A stretch of 54,851 bases of DNA from the IMG/VR virus record IMGVR_UViG_3300027733_001467, positions 1 through 54,851 of that record; one strand, 5' to 3'. This DNA is from a virus (lineage: Duplodnaviria > Caudoviricetes). Below are positions 20,301 to 30,100 of this stretch, piece by piece. Position 1 is the stretch's first letter; the number at the start of each line of letters is the position of its first letter. Under the pieces are notes generated by a model. That model was not told the origin of the DNA. It was given only the letters and a program-made list of their open reading frames with translations, and did no database searches. The translations under genes and the position numbers were made by a program.

Positions 20301-22285
20301 GTGAATTTACATTAGATTTGGTTAAAACAACTGGTTCATATGGTACTTTACAATTAAATTTTGGTGGTGATGCTTCTACAAGTACATACTTTGAAACAAG
20401 TGGAACTTACTATCCATATATTAGTATCATATATGCATATGGTCCTGATTTAGTTACGGGTAGTTTAGATTTTCCAATATCAACGGAAAATTATTCTCAT
20501 GTATTAATTAATAGAACTGATATAGGAAGTGGAAACTCTCAATATGATGTTTATTTAAATACATCAAATGGAACTAGAATAACAACAGCAGTTCATTTAT
20601 CTATTACTGGTAGTAATTCTCAATGGGAATCTGGTAACAGTATTTTAATAGGAGGCGATGGATTTATTGGTGAATTGGATGAATTCCGTTTATGGAATAA
20701 CCAATTACAGGTTTCTAAATTTAATAATCACACATTACATCCAAACGCTATCAATGGTAATCATATATCTTCATCATCCGATGATTTAATATTTAGATTG
20801 GATTTTGAATTACCTAGAAATAGAAAGGCTGCAGACAATGGACCTTTGCCCAAAGATGTATCTGATATATATATAAATAATGTTGCTATAAGTAACGAAT
20901 ACGGAGCAAACCATGCAACCGCAAGTAATTTTTATTCAGCAAATACATATCCATATCAATATGTTCCATATGATAGAACTGTAACTGCGAATGTTCCATC
21001 TGTTGGATTTGGATATGGTAATAAAATTAGATTTGAATCATCAAGTTTAATGCCTGGTAGAGATTTATCTTATAAAGTTAGAGCAACTCAAAAATCATTT
21101 GATAGAGCTCCTATTGATTCAAATCGTTTAGGTTTATTTCTTTCTCCAACTAAAGAATTAAATATGGATATCCTAAAAGCATTTGGAGATTTCAATATTG
21201 ATAATTACATTGGAGATTATGGAGATGAATATAAAGATAGTTATTCTGAATTAGATAAATTAAGAGTTTATTATTTCAAAAGATTAAACAGAGATATCTA
21301 CGAATATATAAGATTAGTTAAGTATATTGATAAATCTTTATTTGATGTATTGCAAGATGTTGCGCCGGCTAGAGCTAATGTTTCGAAAGGATTATTAATC
21401 GAACCGCATTTTTTAGAAAGAAATAAAACTGTATGGAATAAACCTGAAACAGATTATAAAGATATTAAAGGATTAATTGATACAACGGATTCAAAAAATA
21501 TTGAAATGGATGTGCCTATGCAAGATGCACATCTTGATGCAACTGAAATAGCAATATTTGATTTTGAATATGATAAAATTGATGGCTTAATAACATATGA
21601 TGATTTATATGTTTTAGATGGTACAACTCCATTCTATGATGGTGAATTAGAAAATTCATTTAGTGGTTCATTAATAGGAACAGTACCAATGTGGGCTGCA
21701 TCAATACAAACACCTGTAACTGGTAGTATTATAGCTGAATTATTTGGAAATTTCCAAGCGGTTGGTATGGAAATCAATAATGGGTTTGGATTTTATGGAG
21801 AAAATTCAGTAAGTATTGTTACTACGATAGATATTCATGGAAATATAAATAAAAATAGAAAAATAATTAATTTACTTAAAAAATCATATATAGAAAATGT
21901 AAAAACCCAAATTTCAGGATATCCCACAATTGGTGCATTGCCAGGAGAGCAAGTAGTTTATGATTATCTTCCTATAACAAAATATAAATACGAAGTTAAT
22001 ATATTACCATTTGCAACTGGCTCATATGGAGTACCTGTTACACCAAGTATAGGTGGTGATGTAGTATCTGTACTTCCTTTGAATAATTATTTTTATACTC
22101 ATTATAAATATAAAAACAATTTGGGAGAAGGTATGATTCGTTCATTCTGGAAAGGTTCTATTCAAGATTCCACAACAACACCGGATGGATTAGATGCGGT
22201 TGAAACATTTAGTACTAATGCTAACATTCTTAGAGTGGCTAAGACTGGAAGAGGTAGTGGAGAACCAATATTGGAAGTGGATTAA
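17312..22285 (+). CDS. Large baseplate/tail protein (tail-protein-I/gp7-like segment plus LamG-like domain)
   Basis: FLDMIG..YD and RILNNLPYLLKHKGTARA segments; LamG-like F.GELDEFRLWN. Confidence 0.75.
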   Translation: MINSDEILWGNSVNNENGIDYITPAYGGGGAAGGSTYTPIAVGTYNGTVNSDINAFFFIKANVPGVSIYLDGEYINKEAPYKINIQLSDIVGKARGYREITVKKTAYNSLEKYVIYASINPDYGNDIYYTDAAPLSSTYNTTSPYLISIKKYVNDVDQFFQYDNSIIQQTLDFSLTEQSIKDDEAISFKKLTITLDNNYVKLVKDKSKSIPLVTGVNTIDAEFGSTFSIASSDITKYKIKSITLSGVGRKQKVLEAKELESISTSIALDYDTNVIIVTEKLKVLAKNIPGLELVNSESSRIYNINSKKDAPIGVKKIGTVEKITAYVNNQKYEFADLGNTTSEILLIPAKAFSVIGNYRILLVPSNSEGDGDIIQLMYNVVDDVYVGVPDIRNIQYPSELRGPDYVGTNVDFTISYDSIDTTFVRLYAGKAYMQLNSKGKQVLNIETLLGLYDTPPAQDGEYISLELKLIPYNTSGKSEVIGKAESVFIKFIKSKLLIPRTVAINRIAEAFKYQFKSIVVPDDSSKYLTHLLHLGDGNNKVITTWTGSQESLILKLYEPVPTDIQTNQLVWISKLQANPIIETVTLLGTSEQFCPPLKGPNFSIEADNGIGYKVYDDLLASGSSTSTDLLFKYSQQNGIDTTKLNIQYVSGSDYQFQNFVNFGSAEERINNFFYKIQLIENYESTYTKLTNGTDWTGSISVVNEASKVLSSISEIKRAFDGFENILYTSSSIYTTSTVESISYPYSGSSRLNTTSSIAINWYNSVVNIAYEYDKYNKNCLINNLPEFIKENSENEDFATFLDMIGNHYDIIWSYINSIGSNKVLEHKQLNGIANDMVYQMLKSLGWDGRKAYDSQFLWEYAFGLNKDGTQKYGKDFGTEPVSLKSANEEVWRRILNNLPYLLKHKGTARAMKAIMACYGVPQSMLTIMEFGGPQNPTEGAVTKFTYDDRTAAISLVETSSIIVPWHTTPSTSTYPNAIELAFKPSEITSKATLISGSEFTLDLVKTTGSYGTLQLNFGGDASTSTYFETSGTYYPYISIIYAYGPDLVTGSLDFPISTENYSHVLINRTDIGSGNSQYDVYLNTSNGTRITTAVHLSITGSNSQWESGNSILIGGDGFIGELDEFRLWNNQLQVSKFNNHTLHPNAINGNHISSSSDDLIFRLDFELPRNRKAADNGPLPKDVSDIYINNVAISNEYGANHATASNFYSANTYPYQYVPYDRTVTANVPSVGFGYGNKIRFESSSLMPGRDLSYKVRATQKSFDRAPIDSNRLGLFLSPTKELNMDILKAFGDFNIDNYIGDYGDEYKDSYSELDKLRVYYFKRLNRDIYEYIRLVKYIDKSLFDVLQDVAPARANVSKGLLIEPHFLERNKTVWNKPETDYKDIKGLIDTTDSKNIEMDVPMQDAHLDATEIAIFDFEYDKIDGLITYDDLYVLDGTTPFYDGELENSFSGSLIGTVPMWAASIQTPVTGSIIAELFGNFQAVGMEINNGFGFYGENSVSIVTTIDIHGNINKNRKIINLLKKSYIENVKTQISGYPTIGALPGEQVVYDYLPITKYKYEVNILPFATGSYGVPVTPSIGGDVVSVLPLNNYFYTHYKYKNNLGEGMIRSFWKGSIQDSTTTPDGLDAVETFSTNANILRVAKTGRGSGEPILEVD

Positions 22286-22306
22286 TTTGAAAATAAAAAT
22301 AAGTTA

Positions 22307-22314
22307 TATTTATA
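22307..22314 (+). promoter_or_regulatory. TATTTATA putative late-promoter motif
   Basis: Intergenic octamer before ATG 22341. Confidence 0.6.
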
Positions 22315-22340
22315 GAATATAGAATAAAAACAATTCAAAA

Positions 22341-22970
22341 ATGGGATATTTAGATAATTCAACAATTACTGTAGATGCTATTCTTACCAAAAAAGGTAGA
22401 CAAAAATTAGCACAAGGACAATCTTTAAACATTACAAAGTTCGCTTTAGGTGATGATGAGATTGATTACCAACTATATGAACCAGCTCACCCAAAGGGTA
22501 GTACTGCAGCTGATTCAGCTATTTTAGCACTTCCAATTACTCAGGCATCGCCGGATGAAACGCAAGTATTAAGATATAAGATACTAACTTTACCAAAAGG
22601 TAGTACAAAAATACCAACGGTAAATATAGGTACAACGGCAATATCATCTTATCAAAGTGATGGAGGAACTTCGTTATCACCACAAACTAATCCAACCGGA
22701 AATAGTTCAGCCGGATATACCGCAGTATTAGCAGACCAAAGAGCTGGTACTTTACAAGTAACAGAAGCTACAACTGGTGGTACAACAATACCTGTATTTT
22801 TGGGAGAGGATGTAACATCAACTGCACAGGTAGTAACTGGAAAGAAATTCACATTTACACCTAATCCAAAATTAACAACAGATGTTGCAACAACAATAAC
22901 TGTTTATGGTAATGAGACTGGTGGTTCTGTTTCTATACCGGTAACTATAACGTATAAAGCAACAGTATAA
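22341..22970 (+). CDS. Putative baseplate/tail-collar structural protein
   Basis: ILTKKGRQKLA...ITKFALGD resembles the N-terminus of tail-collar fibre proteins; Thr-rich Ig-like C-domain. Confidence 0.65.
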   Translation: MGYLDNSTITVDAILTKKGRQKLAQGQSLNITKFALGDDEIDYQLYEPAHPKGSTAADSAILALPITQASPDETQVLRYKILTLPKGSTKIPTVNIGTTAISSYQSDGGTSLSPQTNPTGNSSAGYTAVLADQRAGTLQVTEATTGGTTIPVFLGEDVTSTAQVVTGKKFTFTPNPKLTTDVATTITVYGNETGGSVSIPVTITYKATV

Positions 22971-22988
22971 AATAAATAGATATAAAAA

Positions 22989-24239
22989 ATGGCACTAATT
23001 AATGACTTAAATATAACCTCCCAAATAGCTGCATTAGCTAATTCTGGACAGGTTGACACAAACCAAATCGTATCTTTACTTAATAGCGCACTTCCTGCTG
23101 GACAGCAAATTGCTAATTCGACAGGAGGAGTAACTACTGGTGTATTTAAAAGATTTGGTGATTTTGACCAAGTAAAAGCAAAAATAGAAGTTGTAACAAC
23201 TGGATTGTGGAGTGGGGATAATGGAGTATTAACAACATTCTTTACAGCATCTGCACAAGATGATAATTGGGATGCTACTATAAAAAGCACTCAATATTAT
23301 TTAAATGTATATGAGTATAATCCTCAATTAAGTTCATCTGCAGAAATTAACTTTGCAGTAGCTTATGGACATTATCATGGTAGTGGTTCTAGAGATTATT
23401 CAAACCAAGATACTTTGGTAGCAACTAAAGGAACATATTTCCAATACAAATCAATGTTGTTGGAATATGGAGAAACAAAATTCTCATTTAATAATAGTGT
23501 AGGAACTACAACAGATTCTAACGATATTTATATAATTAATGTTGATAGAGGCCGTTTTAGAGAATCGATGGATCCGGGTAACTGGCAATTGTCATTAAGT
23601 GGTTCTAATGGATTATTTCATTTCATTGATGATAGTGATAAAAAATTCTCTGATACGGCTGGTAAAGCTGGTAGAGTATTTAATGTTGTAAGTGGTTCAT
23701 TGAATTTAGGTACTGAAAATTTAGCAACGGTAAAGGCAACAACCGACGCAACTACTGGATTAGGATTCGGTAAATTCTATCCTGATAGAGGTATTATAAT
23801 TTTAAATCCAAAAGCAGTGGGTTCTATGATTGGTACTGTTAAAAGTACTGGTGGGGCTTCTTTAGGAAACTTAAGTGGTTCGTTATCAACTGCAGCTGAG
23901 CAATATAATCACAAAAGATTATTATACGCAATAAGTGGGGGATATGATGGTGGTGTTGATGAGGGTGGATTTATGGCTAGAAGAACTGAAAATGTATCTA
24001 CACAACATTTCTTTGTAAGAGCAACAAATAGAGAATTTAACTATTCTAACAATCCAACTTATGTAAATACTGATGGTACATTTGTAGAAACTTCATTTAA
24101 TACTGACCCTTATACATATGTAACAACTGTAGGTCTTTACAATGATTCAAACGAATTAGTTGCAGTGGCTAAAACATCTCAACCAATTCCTAAATCATTT
24201 GATAAAGAAATTCTTATTAAAGTTAAATTATCATTCTAA
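22989..24239 (+). CDS. Putative baseplate structural protein
   Basis: C-terminal YVTTVGLYNDSNELVAVAKTSQPIPK, paralogous to the next gene. Confidence 0.75.
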   Translation: MALINDLNITSQIAALANSGQVDTNQIVSLLNSALPAGQQIANSTGGVTTGVFKRFGDFDQVKAKIEVVTTGLWSGDNGVLTTFFTASAQDDNWDATIKSTQYYLNVYEYNPQLSSSAEINFAVAYGHYHGSGSRDYSNQDTLVATKGTYFQYKSMLLEYGETKFSFNNSVGTTTDSNDIYIINVDRGRFRESMDPGNWQLSLSGSNGLFHFIDDSDKKFSDTAGKAGRVFNVVSGSLNLGTENLATVKATTDATTGLGFGKFYPDRGIIILNPKAVGSMIGTVKSTGGASLGNLSGSLSTAAEQYNHKRLLYAISGGYDGGVDEGGFMARRTENVSTQHFFVRATNREFNYSNNPTYVNTDGTFVETSFNTDPYTYVTTVGLYNDSNELVAVAKTSQPIPKSFDKEILIKVKLSF

Positions 24240-24260
24240 TTTAAAATAATATAAATTAAG

Positions 24261-24284
24261 AAACCCCCTCATTGGGGGTTTTTT
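24261..24284 (+). terminator. Rho-independent terminator
   Basis: AAACCCCC-TCATT-GGGGGTTT followed by TTT, after the stop at 24239. Confidence 0.85.
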
Positions 24285-24294
24285 GTTAAATGAA

Positions 24295-24302
24295 TATTTA
24301 TA
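24295..24302 (+). promoter_or_regulatory. TATTTATA putative late-promoter motif
   Basis: Octamer after the terminator, 3 nt before ATG 24306. Confidence 0.55.
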
Positions 24303-24305
24303 GAT

Positions 24306-25292
24306 ATGTTAAAGGAAATACCAAAATCGGATATTATTGTTAGACCTTTCAAAGTTTACAAAGAGTGGCTTGGTACATCACAAGATGATACTCCTGTTGC
24401 CTATGGTACTAAAGTAACAAATAAAGCGTTTAATGCAGATACCGATAAATATACTATGGTTGATAATTGTAAAGTATATGAAAAATTATTATATAATTCA
24501 GTAGCGGCACAATTTTATAAAAATCCAGCAACCGCATCTATTTTTTCAGAGGTTGGTAATAGAATATCATACGCATCAACATATGAGAGAGTTATAAATA
24601 ATACTATTGCGGTAATATCAATACCTCAACAAAAATATGGGGAGGGAATAAAGCCGGGTTCTGTTGTTTTAACAAATGACCCAAATGGCACTGGTGAAGT
24701 ATATACAGATGATGGTTATTCTAATTTAATAGATGGATATATTACAGTAAATGGTAAAACTATTCCTAATGTATATGGTAATATTTTCTATGATAGAGGA
24801 TTAATTGTACTTACTAAAGATATTGTTAGTGGTTCTACCTTTGTTAGTTATTCATTGGATTTCCGTTCAAGTAAAACTATATATGAGAATGAAATATTTA
24901 TATCTGTATTAGAAAATGAATTTAATGTATCAACAAATCCATCTTCATATCATGAGGATGGTGGATATAATTATGTTGCGGTAATTAATGACCCGAATGA
25001 TAATTCTTTAACTGAAACTTATAATAAAACTATTCACGTTGATGGTATTAGGTATATTGCAAACACAAATAGACCATTTACCTCATCGTTAGATAATACT
25101 AAAAGATTTAGTTTTGATGATTATATAGAAAGTAGTTCTTTAGACCCTACTGGTTCATTCTTAGCACCATATATTACAACAATTGGGTTATATGATAATG
25201 AATTAAATATGGTTGCAGTGGCTAAATTACCAAAACCAATAAAATCATTACCAGACTATCCAGTAAACTTTATTATTCGTTTTGATACATAA
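24306..25292 (+). CDS. Putative baseplate structural protein (paralogue of the previous gene)
   Basis: Shared E.I.PG, DD, G..FY.RG.I, EFN.S.NP and YITTIGLYDNELNMVAVAKLPKPI segments. Confidence 0.75.
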   Translation: MLKEIPKSDIIVRPFKVYKEWLGTSQDDTPVAYGTKVTNKAFNADTDKYTMVDNCKVYEKLLYNSVAAQFYKNPATASIFSEVGNRISYASTYERVINNTIAVISIPQQKYGEGIKPGSVVLTNDPNGTGEVYTDDGYSNLIDGYITVNGKTIPNVYGNIFYDRGLIVLTKDIVSGSTFVSYSLDFRSSKTIYENEIFISVLENEFNVSTNPSSYHEDGGYNYVAVINDPNDNSLTETYNKTIHVDGIRYIANTNRPFTSSLDNTKRFSFDDYIESSSLDPTGSFLAPYITTIGLYDNELNMVAVAKLPKPIKSLPDYPVNFIIRFDT

Positions 25293-25297
25293 CGTTA

Positions 25298-25305
25298 TAT
25301 TTATA
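25298..25305 (+). promoter_or_regulatory. TATTTATA putative late-promoter motif
   Basis: Intergenic octamer before ATG 25326. Confidence 0.6.
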
Positions 25306-25325
25306 CATAGAAAACAATTTAAGAT

Positions 25326-25544
25326 ATGTCATTAGTTGATTTATACACAAAGAGCACTCCAAAGACTGCAAAAATAGATGCAAAGGGTAAAGATAAAACA
25401 CCAATAGGTGTGGAATATCCATTTAATGGTTCTAAAGATTTAATGAAGTCTGACCTTTCTAAAGCAAGAAACGGCGCAATAGGACAAGGAGCAGGTGGAT
25501 ACGATAATAAAAAAGTATATTCTACCTCTATAAAAAACAAATAA
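25326..25544 (+). CDS. Small basic hypothetical protein
   Basis: 72-aa ORF preceded by the motif and abutting the next gene. Confidence 0.7.
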   Translation: MSLVDLYTKSTPKTAKIDAKGKDKTPIGVEYPFNGSKDLMKSDLSKARNGAIGQGAGGYDNKKVYSTSIKNK

Positions 25545-25958
25545 GTGAGCTGGAAATTTAATGGAAATATTGTTACAGAAGAAACCACACCAGAAGGTGC
25601 GGTTGGATTTGTCTATAAGATAATTGATACTAGAACTAATAGATTCTATATAGGAAAGAAATCCTTATCTCAAACCCGTAGATTGAAACCCCTTAAGGGA
25701 AAGACTCGTAGGAGGGTTGTAAAGAAAGCATCTGATTGGGAAAAATACTACTCATCAAACGAATGGATTAAATCGGAAGTAAAAGCTGGAAACGCTGAAT
25801 ATTTTGAAAGAGAAATCATTCAATTTTGTTTCTCAAAAAAATCCTTATCATATTACGAAATAAAATGGCAGTTTCATTACGATGTCCTTGCCAACGAACA
25901 AGCAATAAACGAAAACCTTATGGGAAAATTCTTCCGTAGGGATATTATAAACCCATAG
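25545..25958 (+). CDS. GIY-YIG-like nuclease domain protein
   Basis: GFVYKI...FYIGKK, conserved E in YYE and C-terminal N; GTG start. Confidence 0.75.
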   Translation: MSWKFNGNIVTEETTPEGAVGFVYKIIDTRTNRFYIGKKSLSQTRRLKPLKGKTRRRVVKKASDWEKYYSSNEWIKSEVKAGNAEYFEREIIQFCFSKKSLSYYEIKWQFHYDVLANEQAINENLMGKFFRRDIINP

Positions 25959-25960
25959 TT

Positions 25961-26161
25961 ATGACAATACCTGAAATCGCAAAAAAGTACGGAATATCCG
26001 AAGCTTACTTAAACGCAAAAGATGATGCACTTCAAATAGCAGCTGCATCTTTAATAGACCTTAAAGGAATGTTGGAAGCAAACCAACCAAAAGCTCCAAT
26101 TGCAGCAAAAATGCAGTTTTTAGCTGATTTTCTTTACGATGTAAAGAATTCTAATCATTAA
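25961..26161 (+). CDS. Small hypothetical protein with HTH-like N-terminus
   Basis: MTIPEIAKKYGISEAYL resembles a helix-turn-helix. Confidence 0.6.
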   Translation: MTIPEIAKKYGISEAYLNAKDDALQIAAASLIDLKGMLEANQPKAPIAAKMQFLADFLYDVKNSNH

Positions 26162-26193
26162 TTTGGCAAATCCCCAAAAAAGTTGTATATTTG
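26162..26193 (+). promoter_or_regulatory. Bacteroidota-type housekeeping sigma promoter (-33/-7)
   Basis: TTTG (26162-26165), 20-nt spacer, TATATTTG (26186-26193), upstream of primase. Confidence 0.8.
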
Positions 26194-26210
26194 TATAGAA
26201 TATACTAATA

Positions 26211-27149
26211 ATGGTATCTGGGAAGAACAAACTAACAGTCATTAACATTTTAGACACCGCTTTGGGTGTAGGTTCATCCTTAAAGGGAAACGAACAGGCC
26301 CATCACTGTCCATTTTGCAATCACCACAAAAAGAAACTACAAGTAAACTTAGATACTCAAAGATGGCATTGCTGGGTATGTGATTCTAAGGGTAGAAGTA
26401 TCCAATCCCTCCTTCGCAAACTCAATGTAGATATAAGAGACCTCAATAGATTGAAAGATATCTATGGTGAGGATGATTATACATTAGTTGAGAAAGATGA
26501 GTATGTAGCTAAGTTACAATTACCATCAGAATTCAAACAATTACACTTCAAACCAAAAGGATTCCAACCTGAATACAATCAAGCACTTAATTACATTAAA
26601 GAAAGAGGTATTACTCAAGCTGATATCGTTAAATACAACATCGGATATTGTTCTGATGGATTGTACTTTGGCAGAATCATTGTACCTTCGTATGATGCGA
26701 ATGGTGACTTGAATTACTTTGTAGCTCGTTCATATTACAAAGAGGAACGAATGAAGTATAAGAATCCGCCGGTTAATAGAGATGTGATTGTGTTTGAAAA
26801 TCAAATCAATTGGAACGAACCTATTACTTTGGTAGAGGGAGTATTTGATTCATTTTCAGTTAAACGAAATTGTATTCCTTTACTTGGTAAATTCTTATTG
26901 AATAAATTAAAGAACAAGATTATAGAGAACGGAGTTAAGGATATAACAATACTACTGGATTCAGATGCTATTGCAGATTCCACAAAGCATACTGATTATT
27001 TTATAAAGAATGGTATTAATGTAAAGAATATTATACCAAAAGGAAAGGATGCAGGAGATATGGGATTTAAAGCAGTTAGAGAATTATTAAAAGGAGCAAC
27101 ACAAACTGGATGGGATGATTTAGTTCTATCCAAACTAAATAATATATGA
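26211..27149 (+). CDS. DNA primase (Zn finger plus TOPRIM)
   Basis: CPFC...CWVC Zn ribbon, RIIVP, KYKNP, EGVFD, LDSD and KD motifs. Confidence 0.9.
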   Translation: MVSGKNKLTVINILDTALGVGSSLKGNEQAHHCPFCNHHKKKLQVNLDTQRWHCWVCDSKGRSIQSLLRKLNVDIRDLNRLKDIYGEDDYTLVEKDEYVAKLQLPSEFKQLHFKPKGFQPEYNQALNYIKERGITQADIVKYNIGYCSDGLYFGRIIVPSYDANGDLNYFVARSYYKEERMKYKNPPVNRDVIVFENQINWNEPITLVEGVFDSFSVKRNCIPLLGKFLLNKLKNKIIENGVKDITILLDSDAIADSTKHTDYFIKNGINVKNIIPKGKDAGDMGFKAVRELLKGATQTGWDDLVLSKLNNI

Positions 27150-30100
27150 GGTTAAAGAGAATTTATCACATTGCGGATATACACATTCGTAATATAAAAA
27201 GACACAAAGAGTTTAGAGAAGTATTCTACTCAATGTTCGAAGAAATCAAAAAGAGAGGAACTGAAGATTCTATTATCTACTTAGCTGGAGATATCGCTCA
27301 CGCTAAATTAGAAATGAGTCCCGAATTAGTTAGTGAGATTAGCTGGTTGTTTACGGAATGTAACAAACTATGTCCCACTATTGTAATCGCTGGTAATCAC
27401 GATTGTAATATGAACAATTCGGACAGATTAGATGTACTTACTCCAATCGTTGATGCATTAAAGTTACCAAACCTAACGTATTTAAAGGATACGCAAGTTT
27501 ATGGAATAGGTGATGTTGATTTTGCAGTATTTAGTATATTTGATAACAAAGATAATTGGCCTAAAGCTAATACTTTATTTGGTAATAAGAAGATTGCACT
27601 ATTTCACGGACCTGTTGATAACTCTACAACCGATGTGGGGTATGTGGTTAGTAGTAGACATTTTACAACTGAAATATTTGATGGATATGATTTAGCCTTA
27701 TTAGGAGATATACATAAAAGACAAGAGATGATATCACCAAGCGGATGTAAGGTAGTGTACGCCGGCTCTTTGGTACAACAAAACTTCGGTGAGACATTAG
27801 ATAAGCACGGATTCTTAGTTTGGGATTTAGATACAATGACCTATGAGGAAGTTGATATCCAAAACGATTATGGTTATTACACGTTAGATATTGATGGTGG
27901 TATTGTGCCGGATGTAACTGATATGCCGTTGTACCCTCGTTTAAGAGTAAGGATATCTAATACGGATACCGCAGATACAAAGAGAATGATGGCTGATATT
28001 ACGGCAAAGTATGGTGTGGAGGACTTTACAATCATTAGAACGGATACATTCAATAAGAAGAAAACCAACGATAGAGAAGCAAGGTTAGAAGTAGATAGCA
28101 TAGCTGATATAAACCATCAAAACTCTTTAATAGGGGAGTATATTGAACGTATGATGCCATTCGTAACGAAAGAGGACTTAGCTGGAATAGAGAAAATCAA
28201 TCGTGACATTAATAGTAGAATACAACCATCAGAACTACAAAGAAACATAAGCTGGAAACCAATTAAGTTTGATTTCAGTAATATGTTCTCATACGGAGAG
28301 AGAAATGTTATTAACTTTGATAAGGTAACTGGATTGATGGGATTATTCGCACCAAATGCACAGGGTAAATCATCCCTATTTGATGCAATCTCATTTTGTT
28401 TATTTGATAAGTGTAGTAGGGCTTACAAAGCATCTGCTATTATGAACAATCGTAAATCTGATTTCCATTGCCAATTAGAATTCTCCGTAGATGGAGTTAT
28501 CTATGGTATTCGTAGAGAGGGTAGAACAATCAATAAGGGAAAGAACGTAAAAGTGGATGTTGATTTTTGGAGAGAGGGAGATAGTGGTAGGGAATCACTT
28601 AACGGAACGGAACGTAGGGATACAAACCAAGTCATTGAAACCTATGTGGGTAGATATGAGGATTTTATTATGACAGCCCTTTCACTACAAAGTAACAACG
28701 CACTATTCATTGATAAATCACAATCCGAAAGGAAAGATTTGATGGCTCAGTTTATGGGCTTGGATATATTTGATAAGCTGTATGATACTGCTACCAACGA
28801 TATCAAAGATGTGAACGCACTTATCAGAAATTTTAGAAAGACCGACTTCACTTCGGAATTAGCCCAAAAAGAAAACGACTTGAATTCAAAGAGAGAGGAG
28901 TATGATAGTTTAGATGCGGATAAAATAGAATTAGAAAAAAGAAAAGGTGAGTTTGATGAGCAAATAATAAATCTATCTCAACAAATCGTTCCAATTCAAG
29001 GAAACTTAAATATTGATACTTTAAACTCAAAACTTAAAACAATTGAAGGTGATTTAACAACTTGGGGTGATACTAAATCCAAATTAGTTGAAAAGCATAC
29101 GGAAGTTAAAGAGTTGGTTAGAGAAGCCAAAGAAATGATTGATTCCAAAGTTACTATAAACGGAACTGATATTAGTGAAGCACAAATCCAATTAAATTTA
29201 GTTAAAGGACAAATCAAAGATACTTTACATCAGATTGAATTATTAGAACAATCAATTGAAACTAACAAAGAGAAGTTATCACATTTAGCAGAGCATGAGT
29301 ATGACCCTAATTGTAACTTTTGTATGAACAATGTATTCGTAAAAGATGCACGGGAAACCGAAAAGAAATTAGGAGAGCAAGGTAATCAATTAGAAATACT
29401 AAACATATTACATGGTGCTCTTATAACTCAATTAGGTGAATTGGCTGGAGTTGAAGACCAATTCCGTCAATGGAAACAATGGACTGATGAGCATAGTAGA
29501 TTAATTACATTAAGAGAAAGATTAGAAGCCGATGGTAAAACCGCAGAATCAAGAATTGAATTACTACAACATCAATTAGAAACAGCAAAAGCTGATATTA
29601 AAAGATATAATGATAATGTAGAAACAATTACAAACAATACTTCTTTAGTAAATCAAATTGAAAATATTAAAGAGGAAAAGCAAGGTATTGAAACTCAAAT
29701 ATCTAATGTCAATAAAAAGATGCTAAAATTAATGTCGGAGGTAGGTGCAACAAAAACCTACATTGATAATATGGTAGCTAAAATGGAAGAAGTAAAAGAA
29801 TTGGAAAGTAAAAACCAATTATATACATTCTACTTAGATGCGGTGAAGAAAGATGGAGTACCTTACGAACTAATATCCAAAGCACTTCCAGCAATTGAAA
29901 ACGAAGTGAACAATATATTAGGACAAGTGGTAGACTTCTCAATATCTATGGATACCGATGGAAAGAACATTAACGCTAGAATCGTTTATGAGGACCAGGA
30001 ATGGGCTTTAGAGATGTGTAGTGGTATGGAGAAGTTCATATCGGGATTAGCAATTAGAGTGGCTCTAATTAACATATGCAACCTACCCAGACCAAACTTC

